Below are positions 13,901-26,575 of a stretch of 64,000 bases of DNA, one piece after another (position 1 is the stretch's first letter; each line of letters begins with the position of its first letter). Position numbers and translations under genes: made by a program. Location: contig NC_045696.1 in the NCBI RefSeq assembly GCF_009834535.1, positions 46,874,001-46,938,000 on the forward strand, given 5' to 3'. This stretch comes from Camelus ferus. Lineage: Eukaryota. Below the pieces are notes generated by a model. That model saw nothing but the letters and a program-made list of their open reading frames with translations. It searched no databases and had not been told where the DNA came from.

Positions 13901-14074
13901 TAAAAGTCTATTTTTTTAACTCTAAGCTCATCAGACTGAAAATTATTTTGTAATATTTGAAAAGAATACATGAAATATATATGTAATTTTGAAAGAAAAT
14001 GGTAAAACAAAAATCACACGAATTAACCACTCAACCTAAGAGCTAAAGCATAGCCACTACTCTGTGTTCCTCCC

Positions 14075-14548
14075 TGTGATGGCTAATTTTGTGTGTCAAC
14101 TTGACTGTGCCACAGGGGGGCCCAGATTAAGCATTGTATTCGAAAGTGTCTGTGAAAGTATTTCTGGGCTAGATTAGCACATGAACTGGGGGGCTTCGTA
14201 AAGCAGATCACCCTCCTCAGTGTAAGCGGGCATCCTCCAGTCTGTTTAGGGACTGAACACAACAAAAAGGGGGAGGAAAGAAAAATATGCCCCTTTTGCT
14301 TCCTGACTGCCTGTTGAGCTGGGACATTGGTCCTTCTCCTGCCCTTGGACTGGGATTTATCTCATCAGCTCCCCTGGTCTCAGGCCTTTGGACTAGTACT
14401 ATACCACTGGCTTTCCTGGTCTCCAGCTTGCAGACAGCAGATCATGGGACTTCCCATCCTCCGTAATCTCCTGAGCCAATTCCTTATAATAAATCTCTCC
14501 CCATATCAATATTATTGATTCTGTTTCTCTGCAGAACCCTGACTAATA
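14075..14548 (+). mobile_element. MLT2 (ERVL) solo LTR
   Basis: Starts tgtgatggctaattttgtgtgtcaacttgact and ends ctgtttctctgcagaaccctgactaata. Confidence 0.9.
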
Positions 14549-15097
14549 TCTCCCCAGTCTCAGACTCCTGCCTTTCCCAAGATGGAGCTGCCACCTGCTT
14601 CTGCCTTAACATCTCCTTGTTTTTTGTTTTTTTTTTTAAAAAAAAAACCAGTTTTATCCTGTATATGTTTGTGCTTCAAAGCATATGTTTAGTTTTCATG
14701 TTTTTGAGCTTTACAAAAATAGATTCATCTTTTATCTCATCTTTCCAGTCTTGCTTTTCTCCCCCAATTAAGTACTGTAATAAAATTTATCCATATTTCA
14801 TGTGAAGATATAGTTCATTCATCCTCACCCCTGGATAATATTTCATTTCATGAATTATATATATTATAAATATATGCATACATACATGTATATACATAGG
14901 AATGGAATTGCTGGGTTGCAGTGTATGGTCATGTTCAACTTTATAAGTTATTGCTAAGCTGTTTTCCTGTGTGGTTGTACTAATTACATTCCTAACTTCA
15001 GAGTGTAAGACTCCCATTGCTTGACTTCTTTGCCAATACTATGATATTTCCAAGTATTGAAATCTAGTAGCCATTTTTCACTCAGGAGATTTGCACT

Positions 15098-15295
15098 CTT
15101 TTTTTTTTTTTAGGTTTATTTGACCAAGTTCTTTTCTTTTTTTAAGATTTTTAAAAATTGAAGTATAGTCAGTTTATAGTGTTGTGTCAATTTCTGGTGT
15201 ACAGCATAATTCATCCATACATATACATAGGTATATTCATTTTCACATTCTTTTTCATTATAGGTTACTACAAAATATTGAATGTAGTTATTTGT
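15098..15295 (-). mobile_element. Truncated L1 3' tail
   Basis: attgaagtatagtcagtttatagtgttgtgtcaatttctggtgtacagcat...ggttactacaaaatattgaat. Confidence 0.8.
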
Positions 15296-18200
15296 CCAAG
15301 TTCTTACACACTGAAAAATCATTCTCAAAACAAATCCAACCTCTTTTGATTTGGGCTTCTATTTTCTCCTTGAGGTCTGTCCCCTTGGCATGGTGGCTTT
15401 TCAGTAAAACACTTAACAAGCTGTTTGTAATGTGTCTTGCTGGGCCTGATGTTCAGCCCTTGGAAGAAGAGGCCACAGCAGTTCGGACAAGTGAACAGTG
15501 GACGGAGTTAGGAATTGGGAAGAACCAGCTCTAACTTGGCTCTGCCCCTGCAGCTTTGCAGGGCCTGTGTATAAGTCATGTCACCGCTCAGCATCCCATC
15601 TACTTGCTGGGCACAATGGAGCTGACCTTCCTCCCTCCCCTGTGGTGAAGATGAAACCCTGTTGTGGAGCACTTTGAAATCTTTGGATGAAAAGCATGAG
15701 AGAAGCGCCAAGTGTGATTGTCACCTGTGCCAGCAACGCTATAAGACAGCGTAAAAATAGGAAGCAAAGAAAATTTTATTTTACAAAAGCTTCACAGAGA
15801 AAATTGGCCGGTCAGAATGTCATTCCCTGCTTTTGGTTCACATAGGCAATGACTTTTATAAATTAAAAAAAAGTACACATTTTTGTCTTTATGAGGCAGA
15901 AACCCTTTGATCATTACTATCCCCGTGACATCAGGTGAGTCCCTGATGCAGAAGGAAGATGAATACCTTAGGAGACGCTGTGAAATCACTTCTTTATAGT
16001 TACCCCCCAAATCCTGCCATAAAGTCTGAGGGGATGTTACAGGTTGAGGCTTGGGGAGGGTCTAAGTCCCATGTTGTGATAGCATCCAAGACACCTTCAG
16101 CTGAAACAGAGACCAGGTCTCAGTTCAGATGTTCTCAGATTCCCCCATCCTGCCCTTCAGATGAGAACATGGGAAATGCAGATTTAAATCCTCATAAGGG
16201 AACTTTGCAACAACCTTTAATATGTTGAGAACCCCTAAATAAGTTGAGTCATGCCAATTAATGTGCAGGTTCATTCTAAAAATGACTTAGCCATAATTTT
16301 AGTAGCTTATACCCACCCTGGCATAATGCTGTGAGTTGTGATGAGCTGGAGTCACTTTACTTATGAATTAGATGAGCTGTGGAGACAGTTCCAAACCACC
16401 GAAGTAACAATTTCAAACCCTGTTCTTGCTGCCTGATATGACACTCAGAACACTGAAAACAGGAGTTTTTGATTCTTTTGCCACATCTTTATTACCCAAG
16501 TTTTTTACAATGGAATTTTAAAAAGACAAACCCCTACAGGGTGGTTTGGTTGTTGCACCTCACTGAGAAGTTGAGAAAGGAAAAGGTTAGAAGGTGTAGC
16601 CATGGGCGTAAAGGGGGACGTGAGTGACGTGAGTCCACCCACAGCAACTGTTCCATGAAGTTATGAATCATTGTACTCAGCTCCTAATTTCCACCCAGGA
16701 AGGCAAAATTATTGAGCCCCATTGAAATGTTTTGTTCCGAGGTTTCTCAGAGAGAGGGTCCTCATAGTGATTTGTATGATAATTTGCATTCTGAGGGGCA
16801 TAATTAAATTACTGCCCTACAATTGGCATGGTGTGATTTTGGCAGAAATACTTTCCATTAGGAAACATGTCCTTAGGAAAAAAAACGTCCACTGTGGTAT
16901 CCAGTCACCTGGCAGTCCTTGTTTAGTTGATTCAATAACCCCATGAGAAAGGTCATTTGTCCTGGATTTTCAATTGCTTAACTGAAGAAATTAGTTGAAA
17001 AGTGTAAATCCAGCCTGCCAATAGTTTCTTTATCTGCCCACACCTAATCATTGGTTGGATTGATTTTTCTCTTTAAATTGACAGATAATTTATGCCTCCA
17101 TGAATTACAATGCTGCTGGGGTCTTTCTTTCTTTAAAAAACAATTTTGGAGGTTAGAACTGTCCCTAGTCAGGCTAACATTCCATCTCCATCTTCATCAT
17201 TCTCGTTTGTATAATATAAATTTCTAACAATGGCAGGAAAGTGGATTATTATGCAGCCTGGCAATAGCATGCTGATTAAGAAGACAATGAAGCACCATAG
17301 GGAAACCATGGCATGTTAAGTGAAATAGAATATGAAATTGTATCCGTACCATGGTTTCAAATACATCCGTTCTGCATATGCAAGCATGGGCTGAAAATGG
17401 ACGAAAGGAACAGACAGTTAGGTTAAGATAGTGGGATTATGAAAGTTCCCCCTGCTTTTTTTTGGTTCTCTACTGACACTCTTACAGTATCACTTGTGTA
17501 ACAAGCACAGCTATAAAAGCGTTTAGTTGGGTGCAGGAGATGATACACCGTGAACCTAATAAAGTGTGTCACCGCAGGTCCCCTCACTCGCTTGGGCCTA
17601 GTGAGCGTGGGCGTTGCCAAGGGCTGTCGAGCGAGCGTTCCAGGTGGAGAGAGTTGCCTTGTTAACAATCAGAAGGATCTCTGTGTCAGCATTTCTGGTA
17701 AATCGCCTGATGAGATTGCAGAAGAAAGGGACCTAATTCTCCAGGGCTCCTGAAACTTGTCATGATCTATTTCCTCGTTCGAAGTAAATATTCACTTTCA
17801 TGCCTAATTTTGTATTTGTAAATCTGCATTTTTTTTCTTAAAGAGGGCTCCCATAATTGTATAAGCTTCATGCCTCACAAACCCTGAAGGTGCCTTTGAT
17901 TAGCTGGGTCCTCAGAACACCAACTGAGGACCGCCAGGGGTGAACTCTGCCCTGAATTCCATCCCTGACTTTTCCTAAGGACCATCGGGAAAGTGCTGTT
18001 GTGTTCTGTGTTTCCTCTGTCACCACACTCAGTGGTTTCACTTGTCACCTACTAAGCTGCCCTCAGTTCCTCATCATGGGAAAAGCAGCTCAAAATACTA
18101 GTTCAGAATCTGGGGGTAGGAAGGGACCTACCTGATGGTCAAGTTCAGCCACTCTTCTGATGCTCCATTTTCCTCTTCAAGGTGTCTGGGCCTGGGCTCC

Positions 18201-18465
18201 AACCCCTTGCCAGAAGCAGCAAACTAGGAAGGCTTTTTTCTTGCCTTGAGTTAAAACCTATGGTCTTTGGCATTGCTCTCTGCTATGCGCTCAGCAGAAC
18301 AAGTCCAGTCTTTCTGAGGATAATGGCAGAGGGAAGGGAAAAGGAACTGGAATTCCTAACTAACTGGAAATCTTCCTTGGCTTCCCTGTTAGGCTTGCGC
18401 TGAGGGGTTTTAAGACACTGGTTTAATCTTCACAGTAAATCTCTGAGGTAGGCATTATTATTACC

Positions 18466-18633
18466 TAGGGTTACTAGATTCCGCAAACAAACAAGAGAAT
18501 GCCTAATTAAATTTGCATTTCAGATAAAAACAAGTAATTTTAAAAATATAAATATGCCTCTTCCCCAAATGTGAAATGAATCTGCCTTTAGTGAAGAGCT
18601 ACCAAAATCTCGTGCATTTTACCGGCAGCCCTA
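18466..18633. mobile_element. MER53-like hAT MITE inside a MIR
   Basis: tagggttactagatt...ttaaatttgcatttcagataaa...ccggcagcccta terminal repeats. Confidence 0.7.
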
Positions 18634-19829
18634 TTATTATACCCGTTTTGGAGCTCAGGAAACGAAAGTTCAGAACCTGGTTAAGAAGCAGAGCTGGAAT
18701 CCAAACCCAGATCTTTGGCTTTAAAGCTCAATTTGTTTTTTGGTTTTTTTTCCCATCACCATATGATACAATACATAATATTTCCCACTGACTTACTTCA
18801 AGTAAAATGTGGAATTAACGGCTCTAGAGAAGAACTAGCAAAGTTATTAAAACAAACAAGCAAACATCAAACAAAAAAATAACAAACAAAAAATCAAACA
18901 TATTCTCGACTAAGAAGACAACCCTTAGGAAACTGCTGGTCCATTTGTTTAACGTCCTGGGCAGAATTCCTGGTGAGAAACCAGCAGGAGCTTCAGCTTG
19001 GAGTGAACACTGGAGGCATGAGATGACCCCAAGAAGCAGAAGAGAACTGTGGGCGGGAAGCCCCTTCTATTGGAGAGCTGTTTCCACGGCCTCTGGAATG
19101 CACCCTCCTTTGTCTTGGCAGCGATGGGAAAGAGGAGGTTGGGACCCTGACGCATGCCTTTCCACCTGGGTGTCACTGAAACCTGATGTCCTAATCATAT
19201 TTCCCTGTCACCTCTCAGCACTGATTTACTTTCTCGTCCCATTCTGCATGCGGCAGAACTAATTGCCTGCCTAATTGCCAAAACTAATTGCCATGACATT
19301 CATTGTTCATCTGCTCTCTTCTCCGGCTTGAGCTCAGGCAGGTGGCTTACGCAAAGGCAAGGATAGAATTATTTCTGGGTTGCTTTGGGGACAGGGTGCT
19401 TCCGAGCAATGTCCCAGTGATCGCTTTAGCTATGGAGGTGGACCAAGGAACCAGCTTCCTTGCTGCAGAGAGGACCCTGATTCTTGGCAGAGGTTCACCT
19501 TCTTCTGGCTTGAGGTTGGGTTGCTTTGATGGATTTTGAGTCCATTAAATTATACTTCTCAGTAAGTCCTTTTCTCCCATTTTTAAATTAGAATTAGATT
19601 TGCTGATTAAAAAATTCAGAGATGAGCCTGCCTCTCTCTGACCACACAGCTCATTAGAGGCAGAGCGGGATCTGGGGCTTGCATTTCCCAATTCTCAGCC
19701 TGCAATGATCTCTGCTGCACTGCACTGCACTGCAATTGTTGCCGATGCACAATTTTTCTTCTACATTTCCTTATATATTTTATTAAAACACTATCAGGTA
19801 GCATTTACTCACTGGTAGCTAGAATAATC

Positions 19830-20030
19830 ATTGTTAATATTTATTGAGTTGTTATGACTATTAGGCCTTTTCCATGCATTGTCTCATTTAATCCTCAAAA
19901 ACAGCAGCATGAGCATCCTTATTTTACAGATGGGGAAACTGAGGCAGAGGAGGGTCAATAACTCGCTCAAGTTTGATGCCAGAGCCCATCCTCTGGTGAA
20001 TACAAGGTCATGGGTAGGATCCGGCTGACA
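19830..20030 (-). mobile_element. MIR SINE
   Basis: ctcatttaatcctca...attttacagatggggaaactgaggcagagg. Confidence 0.85.
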
Positions 20031-21419
20031 GCTTCTGGATTCTGATAGATGAAAGAACTTCTGAAGAGAAGTTGAAAACTGGAGTTGGAGCAGTTTGAAA
20101 CTAATCAACCAGATTAGGCCAATGATTATTTAATTGTGTAGCCAGGAGTCGTGACATTCTCTTTCCTTCGTACTGCTGAGATGAACACAAATGGATTGCA
20201 ATCCTGGTTTGGGATAAATTTCAGGAGGGATGGGTTCAGGAGGAGTTCCTGGGACTTATCGGACAGTGGAAAAGACTGTGTGTTGGGAGTCAGAGGCCCA
20301 AGGCTGGGCTCAGTGTCTGCCTCTAGCTAGCTGTGGTGGTCCTAGGATGACCTGATTGCCTCAACTGCTTCTTCTGAGGAATCTTGAAGGGATTAGACTC
20401 CACGGTCTCGAAGACGGCTGCCATTCCCTGGGGCTCGGATGGCACGTCCAAGATGGAAGCACACAATTGCAGAGCCCTGTAACAACTTTCAAGACAGCGC
20501 TCCAGTGGCTGTAAATAAAAGTCTTATTGTTTGGTTCTTGATCTTTTCCCCCCTCAGTGACAGGAAGAATAATAAAAGCAATGGCACTATTGTGTGAAAT
20601 AAGAGTTTTCTCATCCAGAAGAAAACTATGACACATACTATAATAGCAAACTATTTGGAAGCTGAGAGAGTAATTAATTGTATATTTGATTGAACAGGAC
20701 AGGAAAAGTGAATTAGGGTAAGGGAAAAGGACTAAGGGTTAAAAATAAAAGCTTTGGAATTTTGTTTGCTAAAAAAGGGAGCATTGCAAGGTAATTAATG
20801 TATAGAAAGAAAGAACTATTTCAGAGAATTTTTAAAAGGAAGGCCTAAGCACAATTAGAAGAGCATCAAGGGGAAAAGAAAACTTCAATTTATATGAGGA
20901 AAAAAAAGCTGTCTTCATGAAAAACGGAGATTTTGAAATAAAGACTTCTGTCATCAGTTTCTTTTTCAGAATTCTTCTGGATAATTTTATGAGGCCCTCA
21001 TGATCTTTCAACCTCTAAATGCTTGTATGAGGGAAAGATAGTAAGGCATGAATTAAAAAATTAATTTTCATGGTGTAGATTTTGTAGTAGAACACTCCTT
21101 AGCAGGATGGAGCATGGAAATCTGGTAGAAACACCTCCGGAGAAGAGGGCAGATATTCAGCGCCCAATCTGCTCCTCCCAGCTGTGCGACCTTCGGCCAA
21201 GTCCCAGCATCCCTCGGGCCTCAGGGCCTTCTTATCCTTATGAAGTCATTGGACTGAATGCCTCTGAGGCCCTGTTCTCTGCATGTCTAATTATAGGGCA
21301 TGATTCAAAGGACATTTCGCAGTCACTGGTCTATAGGCTAAAGACATTAAGGTGAAATCCAGAAAAATCTTTTTTTTTTTAATGATGAGTGTTGGGTGTA
21401 GTGAAAAACAAGTCATAAT

Positions 21420-22100
21420 TTGGACCAGGAAGCTCTGCTGACAGACTGACTCCAGGGCAGTCCGACTTGTTCTCATACCAAAGAGGAAATGAATGCAGGC
21501 ACTTCTTGCTCCTGTTTTTCTCTTTGTTCATGGGCTTATGCAAATTTGGGTGGGAAACCAGAGCCCCAAACCGTTGGAGAAGGCACCTGCGCAATTCAGC
21601 GTGGCCGGAACTCGGCTTCCTCTTGGAGGCCCGGGCTGAGCTGCTGGATGCTAGGGAGGCTGTGTGCTCAGCGTGGCCGCCGGGAGCCAAGGCAGAGCTT
21701 CAGCTGCAGCCTGGAGTGACGGCAGGGCGGCTGCCTAGTGTGGTGGGAGACAGAAACGCCTGCCGCCGAAGGTGCGCTGAAGCCTGGCGAAGTAAAGGTC
21801 CAGGGCCCTGGGCACCACCATTTTTCTAGGTTAGAACGCACGTATTGGATCACAGTGCCGCGAAGGAAACTAAGAAGCCACAACTGTGAGCGCTGGCCTG
21901 CGGAGATAATGAGCCACTGAAATTCTTCTGAGACCGCAGCCAGGGGCTGGGACGGAGGGGCAGCCGGGAGATACGGGGGCCAGACGCAGTCGTCTAGGGC
22001 CTTGACTCCTTTCAGATATGTGACCTAAGATCTGCGGGGAGGGGCAGGTGTCACTGGAGGGGGAGCATGGGCAAAGCGAGGGAAAAGAGAGCCATAAAAC
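21420..22100. promoter_or_regulatory. CpG-retaining GC-rich patch; candidate promoter or enhancer
   Basis: Many intact CpGs against a depleted background; octamer ATGCAAAT 21538-21545; ETS/IRF-like AAAGAGGAAATGAA near 21480. Confidence 0.55.
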
Positions 22101-22193
22101 CATGACAGGGTAATAAGCACCTGAAATACTTAATTACTACAGAGTGTCCTGAGGCTTTGTCTACAGCCATGGTTTCTGTACTGTGGGATTTGT

Positions 22194-22209
22194 GTTGCCC
22201 TCTGTTGGG
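22194..22209 (-). promoter_or_regulatory. CTCF-like motif
   Basis: Minus strand CCCAACAGAGGGCAAC resembles the CTCF core CCASYAGRKGGCRS. Confidence 0.45.
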
Positions 22210-22670
22210 AAATTAATTTAGTCTTGCAGGAATTCTTAACCTGGGTCCATGGACACAGCTCTCCCTTCCTCCTCTTCTCCCCTTCCCTACCTGGTCCCAA
22301 GGATAGGACTATATTTCAATATGATTCATTTCCTTTGTAATCCTATGAGTTCTGTTTTATGCATTAAAACACATTAGGACCAAGAAAGGCACCATAAGCT
22401 TCACCACACTGAATAGAAATGACAACCCCCACCCCAATTCCCAGGGTCAAGACCAGCATTTTAAAAACGTTATTATGACAGAATAGAATATGAAAGAAAT
22501 AGAACAATTTGAGCTCCACATGTGATAAGGGTAAATATGGTTTTATGAAATTTTTATTTTAGATAAATATATGTGTACAAGTATACATATGTGTGTGTGT
22601 ATATCTACACATATATATGTTTATTCCAAACAGTAGAGTATGGTCAAAAAATTCAATAGCCACTGATGTA

Positions 22671-22758
22671 CTAGACATTAGGGTAAAATTTTAGGCTTCT
22701 AAACATTAGGGTAAAATCATGAGCTTCTAGACATTAGGGTAAACATTTTTAAGTTCTA
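22671..22758. repeat. 28-bp minisatellite, 3 copies
   Basis: Unit ctaRacattagggtaaa...(g)ctt starting at 22671, 22699 and 22727. Confidence 0.9.
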
Positions 22759-22849
22759 ATTTAAAAATTATGGGTGTAAGAAGGTGGTGAAATAGTCAAA
22801 TTTTGAACCAGAGGTTTTCAAATGTTTTTTATGCAGACTATTTTTTTAG

Positions 22850-23015
22850 AAACATTTCTTTTTTAAAAAACATTTTTTTATTGCGTTATAGTCATTTTAC
22901 AATGTTGTGTCAAATTCCAGTGTAGAGCACAATTTTTCAGTTATACGTGAACATACGTATATTCATTGCCACATTTTTTTTCGCTGTGAGCTACCGCAAG
23001 ATCCTGCATACATTT
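22850..23015 (-). mobile_element. Young L1 3' tail
   Basis: ttttttattgcgttatagtcattttacaatgttgtgtcaaattccagtgtagagcac. Confidence 0.85.
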
Positions 23016-24003
23016 GACATTGCATGCGCTGGGTGACGATGTCATTTCAGCTAGCCTCTTGGTGGGTGACGACCAGCTGGCCCTGACCATAGCCTGTAAT
23101 GCATGACTACGTCTCTCTCTGCCTTGAGGAGGCCTGAGTTAATCTGAAGTGATGAGACCTCTCAGAAACACATGTTGATTCCTGTGGTTACAAGGCTCCA
23201 AGAAGTGTTAGAAGCTGAGGTCTTATTTTCTGAGAGGCGTATCTTCCTGTTGTTTCTGCCAGGAAGTTTGTTCTTTCCTGCCAAACACCAAGGCCATCTG
23301 AAGACACTGAGACAATGACTCCCACAGGGGGTGACAGCAAAAGGGGACGTGCAAGAGTGAGGACGGAGACACACGGGGACAGAGAGATGAGAGATGTAGC
23401 AAAGGAAAAGGGGGTAGGGTCAAAGGAGAGAAAGGCAAAGAGAAAAACAGCAAGTAGCTGGGCCAGAGGAAAGCGGAGTAGTAAGAAGCAACCGCTCTAG
23501 TCTGTTAGCCCCCTGCAGGATTCACAGCATCAAGGATGGTGAAACTAAAAGGAAAAAAAGGCAGTTCAGCAGGAAAGATCAACAAAGACAAATCTTGGGA
23601 CAAGACCAAACCAGGATTACACTTGAACCGAGCCAGAGGTAGGGCCTCCCCTGTTAGTGAGCTGTTGCTAACTTACTGGTATTTTAAAAATGAAACTCAT
23701 GTTTACTTGGTTAATGTAGACAATGTAAGCTTCACCGGAGCAGGAGCAGAGACTTTGCCCACCTCACTGCCTTGATCAGCACCAGTGTCATGGTAAAGGC
23801 ACAATAAATATTTGTAAGCAAATGTTAATTGATCAGCTGGTAGTTGGTAGTTAGTATTACCTGGAATAATAATAATAGTGATAACTAAAGTTTATGCAGT
23901 GCTTAATAGTTTAGAAATCAATTTCATGGATATCTCATTCAATCCTCACACAGTCCCATCAGTTATCACCATTAGCATCCTCATTTTAAAGATAAGGACA
24001 CTA

Positions 24004-24648
24004 TATGATTTAGCAATCCCACTCCTGGGCATATATCCAGAAGAAACTGTAATTCGAAAAGATACTTGCACCCCAGTGTTCATAGCAGCACTAAGATAGC
24101 CAAGACATGGAAGCAACCTAAATGTCCACTGACAGATGACTGGATAAAGAAGGTGCCATACACGTATAAAAAATAATAAAATAATGCCATTTGCAGCAGC
24201 ATGGATGGACCTGGAGATTTTGTCATACTAAGTGAAGTAAGCCAGAAAGAGAAAGAAAAATACCATATGATGTCACTCATATGTAGAATCTTAAAAAGTG
24301 ACACAAATGAACTTATTTACAAAACTGAAACAGACTCACAGATGTAGAAAACAAACTTACAGTTACCAAAGGGGAAGGGGAAGGTGGAAGGATAAATTGG
24401 GAGTTCAGGATTTGCAGAAACTACTATAAAGAAAATAGATTAAAAAACAGGGTCCTAAATCCTACTGTATAGTACAGAGAACTATATTTAATACCTAGTA
24501 ATAGCCTTTAATGAAAAAGAATATGAAAAGGAATATATATATATATGTATAACTGAATCATTATGCTGTATACAGAAATTGACACAACACTGTAAACTGA
24601 CTACATTTTAATTAAAAAAAACAAAGTTAGCAACATTGTAAAAAAAAA
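24004..24648 (+). mobile_element. 5'-truncated L1 with a 17-bp TSD, inserted in a MIR
   Basis: ORF2 C-terminal remnant plus 3' UTR; TSD taaagataaggacacta at 23987-24003 and 24649-24665. Confidence 0.9.
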
Positions 24649-24906
24649 TAAAGATAAGGACACTAATGTCATTTGATGATAAGTGTCTGGGATTTTAATC
24701 CATACTCTCTGACGCCAAAGCTAATACAGCACTTTGCCTCTTTTGGAAGGTTGTACACATAGTGTAAATGCCTTGAACGCTTAAGTAGCCATATCCATAT
24801 TAGGCATGTGTATAAGTTTGGGTCCTCCAGGAAGCTGACACTGATGGAGTTAGGAGTGTGGGAGGAGGTGGGAGTCCCATTCATCGATGAAAGATAAAGG
24901 AAGAGG

Positions 24907-26575
24907 ACCCTAAGAGGTCCACACAAAAGCTACTAGAGCTGATTGAAGAATTCAGCAAGGTAGCAGGTTACAAAATTAACGTTCAAAAATCAGTTGCATT
25001 TCTTTACACTAATGATAAATCAACAGAAGAAGAAAGTAAAGAAACAATCCCCTTTAAAATAGCACCCAAAGTAATAAAATATCTGGGAATAAATCTAACC
25101 AAGGAGGTGAAAGAATTATACACAGAAAACTATAAACCATTGATGAAGGAAATTAAAGAAGACTTTAAAAAATGGAAAGATATTCCATGCTCTTGGATTG
25201 GAAGAATCAATATTGTTAAAATGGTCACACTGCCCAAGGCAATCTACAGATTTAATGCAATCCCTATCCAATTACCCAGGACATATTTCACAGAACTAGA
25301 AAAAATCGTAATAAAATTCATATGGAACCATCAAAGACCTAGAATTGCCAAAGCTTTACTGAAGAGAAAGAAAGAGGCTGGAGGAATAACTCTTCCAGAC
25401 TTCAGACAATACTATAGAGCTACAGTCATCAAGACAGCATGGTATTGGTACCAAAACAGACATATAGACCAATGGAACAGAATAGAGAGCCCAGAAATGA
25501 ACCCACAAACTTTTGGTCAACTCATCTTCGACAAAGGAGGCAAGAATATACATTGGAATAAAGACAGTCTCTTCAGCAAATGGTGTTGGGAAAACTGGAC
25601 AGCAGCATGTAAAACAATGAAGCTAGAACACTCCCTTACACCATATACAAAAATCAACTCAAAATGGATTAAAGACTTAAACATAAGACAAGATACAATA
25701 AACCTCCTAGAGGAAAACATAGGCAAAACATTATCTGACATACATTTCAAAAATTTTCTCCTAGAAGAAATAAAAGCAAGAATAAACAAATGGGACCTAA
25801 TGAAACTTACAAGCTTCTGCACAGCAAAGGAAACCAGAAATAAAACAAGAAGAAAACCTATAGAATGGGAGAAAATTTTTGCAAGTGAAACCGACAAAGG
25901 CTTGATCTCCAGAATATATAAGCAGCTCATACGACTCAATAAGAAAAAAAAAACCCAATCCAAAAATGGGCAGAAGACCTAAACAAGCAATTCTCCAAGG
26001 AAGACATACAAATGATCAAAAAGCACATGAAAAAATGCTCAATATCACTAATTATCAGAGAAATGCAAATCAAAACTACAATGAGGTATCACCTCACACC
26101 AGTCAGAATGGCAGTCATTCAAAAATCCACAAATGACAAATGCTGGAGAGGCTGTGGAGAAAGGGGAACCCTCCTACACTGCTGGTGGGAATGCAGTTTG
26201 GTGCAGCCACTATGGAAAACAGTGTGGAGATTCCTCAAAAGACTAGGAATAGACTTACCATATGACCCAGGAATCCCACTCCTGGGCTTGTATCCAGAAG
26301 GAAATCTACTTCAGGATGACACCTGCACCCCAATGTTCATAGCAGCACTATTTACAATAGCCAAAACATGGAAACAGCCTAAATGTCCATCAACAGGTGA
26401 CTGGATAAAGAAGAGGTGGTATATTTATACAATGGAATACTACTCAGCCATAAAAACCGACAACATAATGCCATTTGCAGCAACATGGATGCTCCTGGAG
26501 AATGTCATTCTAAGTGAAGTAAGCCAGAAAGAGAAAGAAAAATACCATATGAGATCGCTCATATGTGGAATCTAA
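24907..26575 (+). pseudogene. L1 ORF2 remnant, 5'-truncated, frameshifted in the A-run near 25945-25953
   Basis: The endonuclease domain and most of the RT are absent. The frame breaks at aagaaaaaaaaaacccaatcc, where L1 ORF2 normally reads ..[11 protein letters not shown]. Confidence 0.9.

Larger units (their letters stand above)
12490..15060 (-). mobile_element. Old L1ME-type 3' UTR fragments (about 12490-13330 and 13900-15060)
   Basis: ttttcacttagcatgagcattcttccat, tttatttaaccattctcctattg, aggaatggaattgctgggt. Confidence 0.6.

Noticed and set aside
21379..21920. ORFs of 60-120 aa in the GC-rich patch
   Set aside because: Open frames on both strands reflect stop-codon scarcity in GC-rich DNA; no homology recognised.
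22671..22758. CRISPR-like repeat-spacer array
   Set aside because: Mammalian DNA, only three units, spacers related to each other, no cas genes.
25107..26575. The longest ORFs (291 and 187 aa) as a host gene or novel RT system
   Set aside because: Ordinary truncated L1 ORF2 with poly(A) and TSDs.
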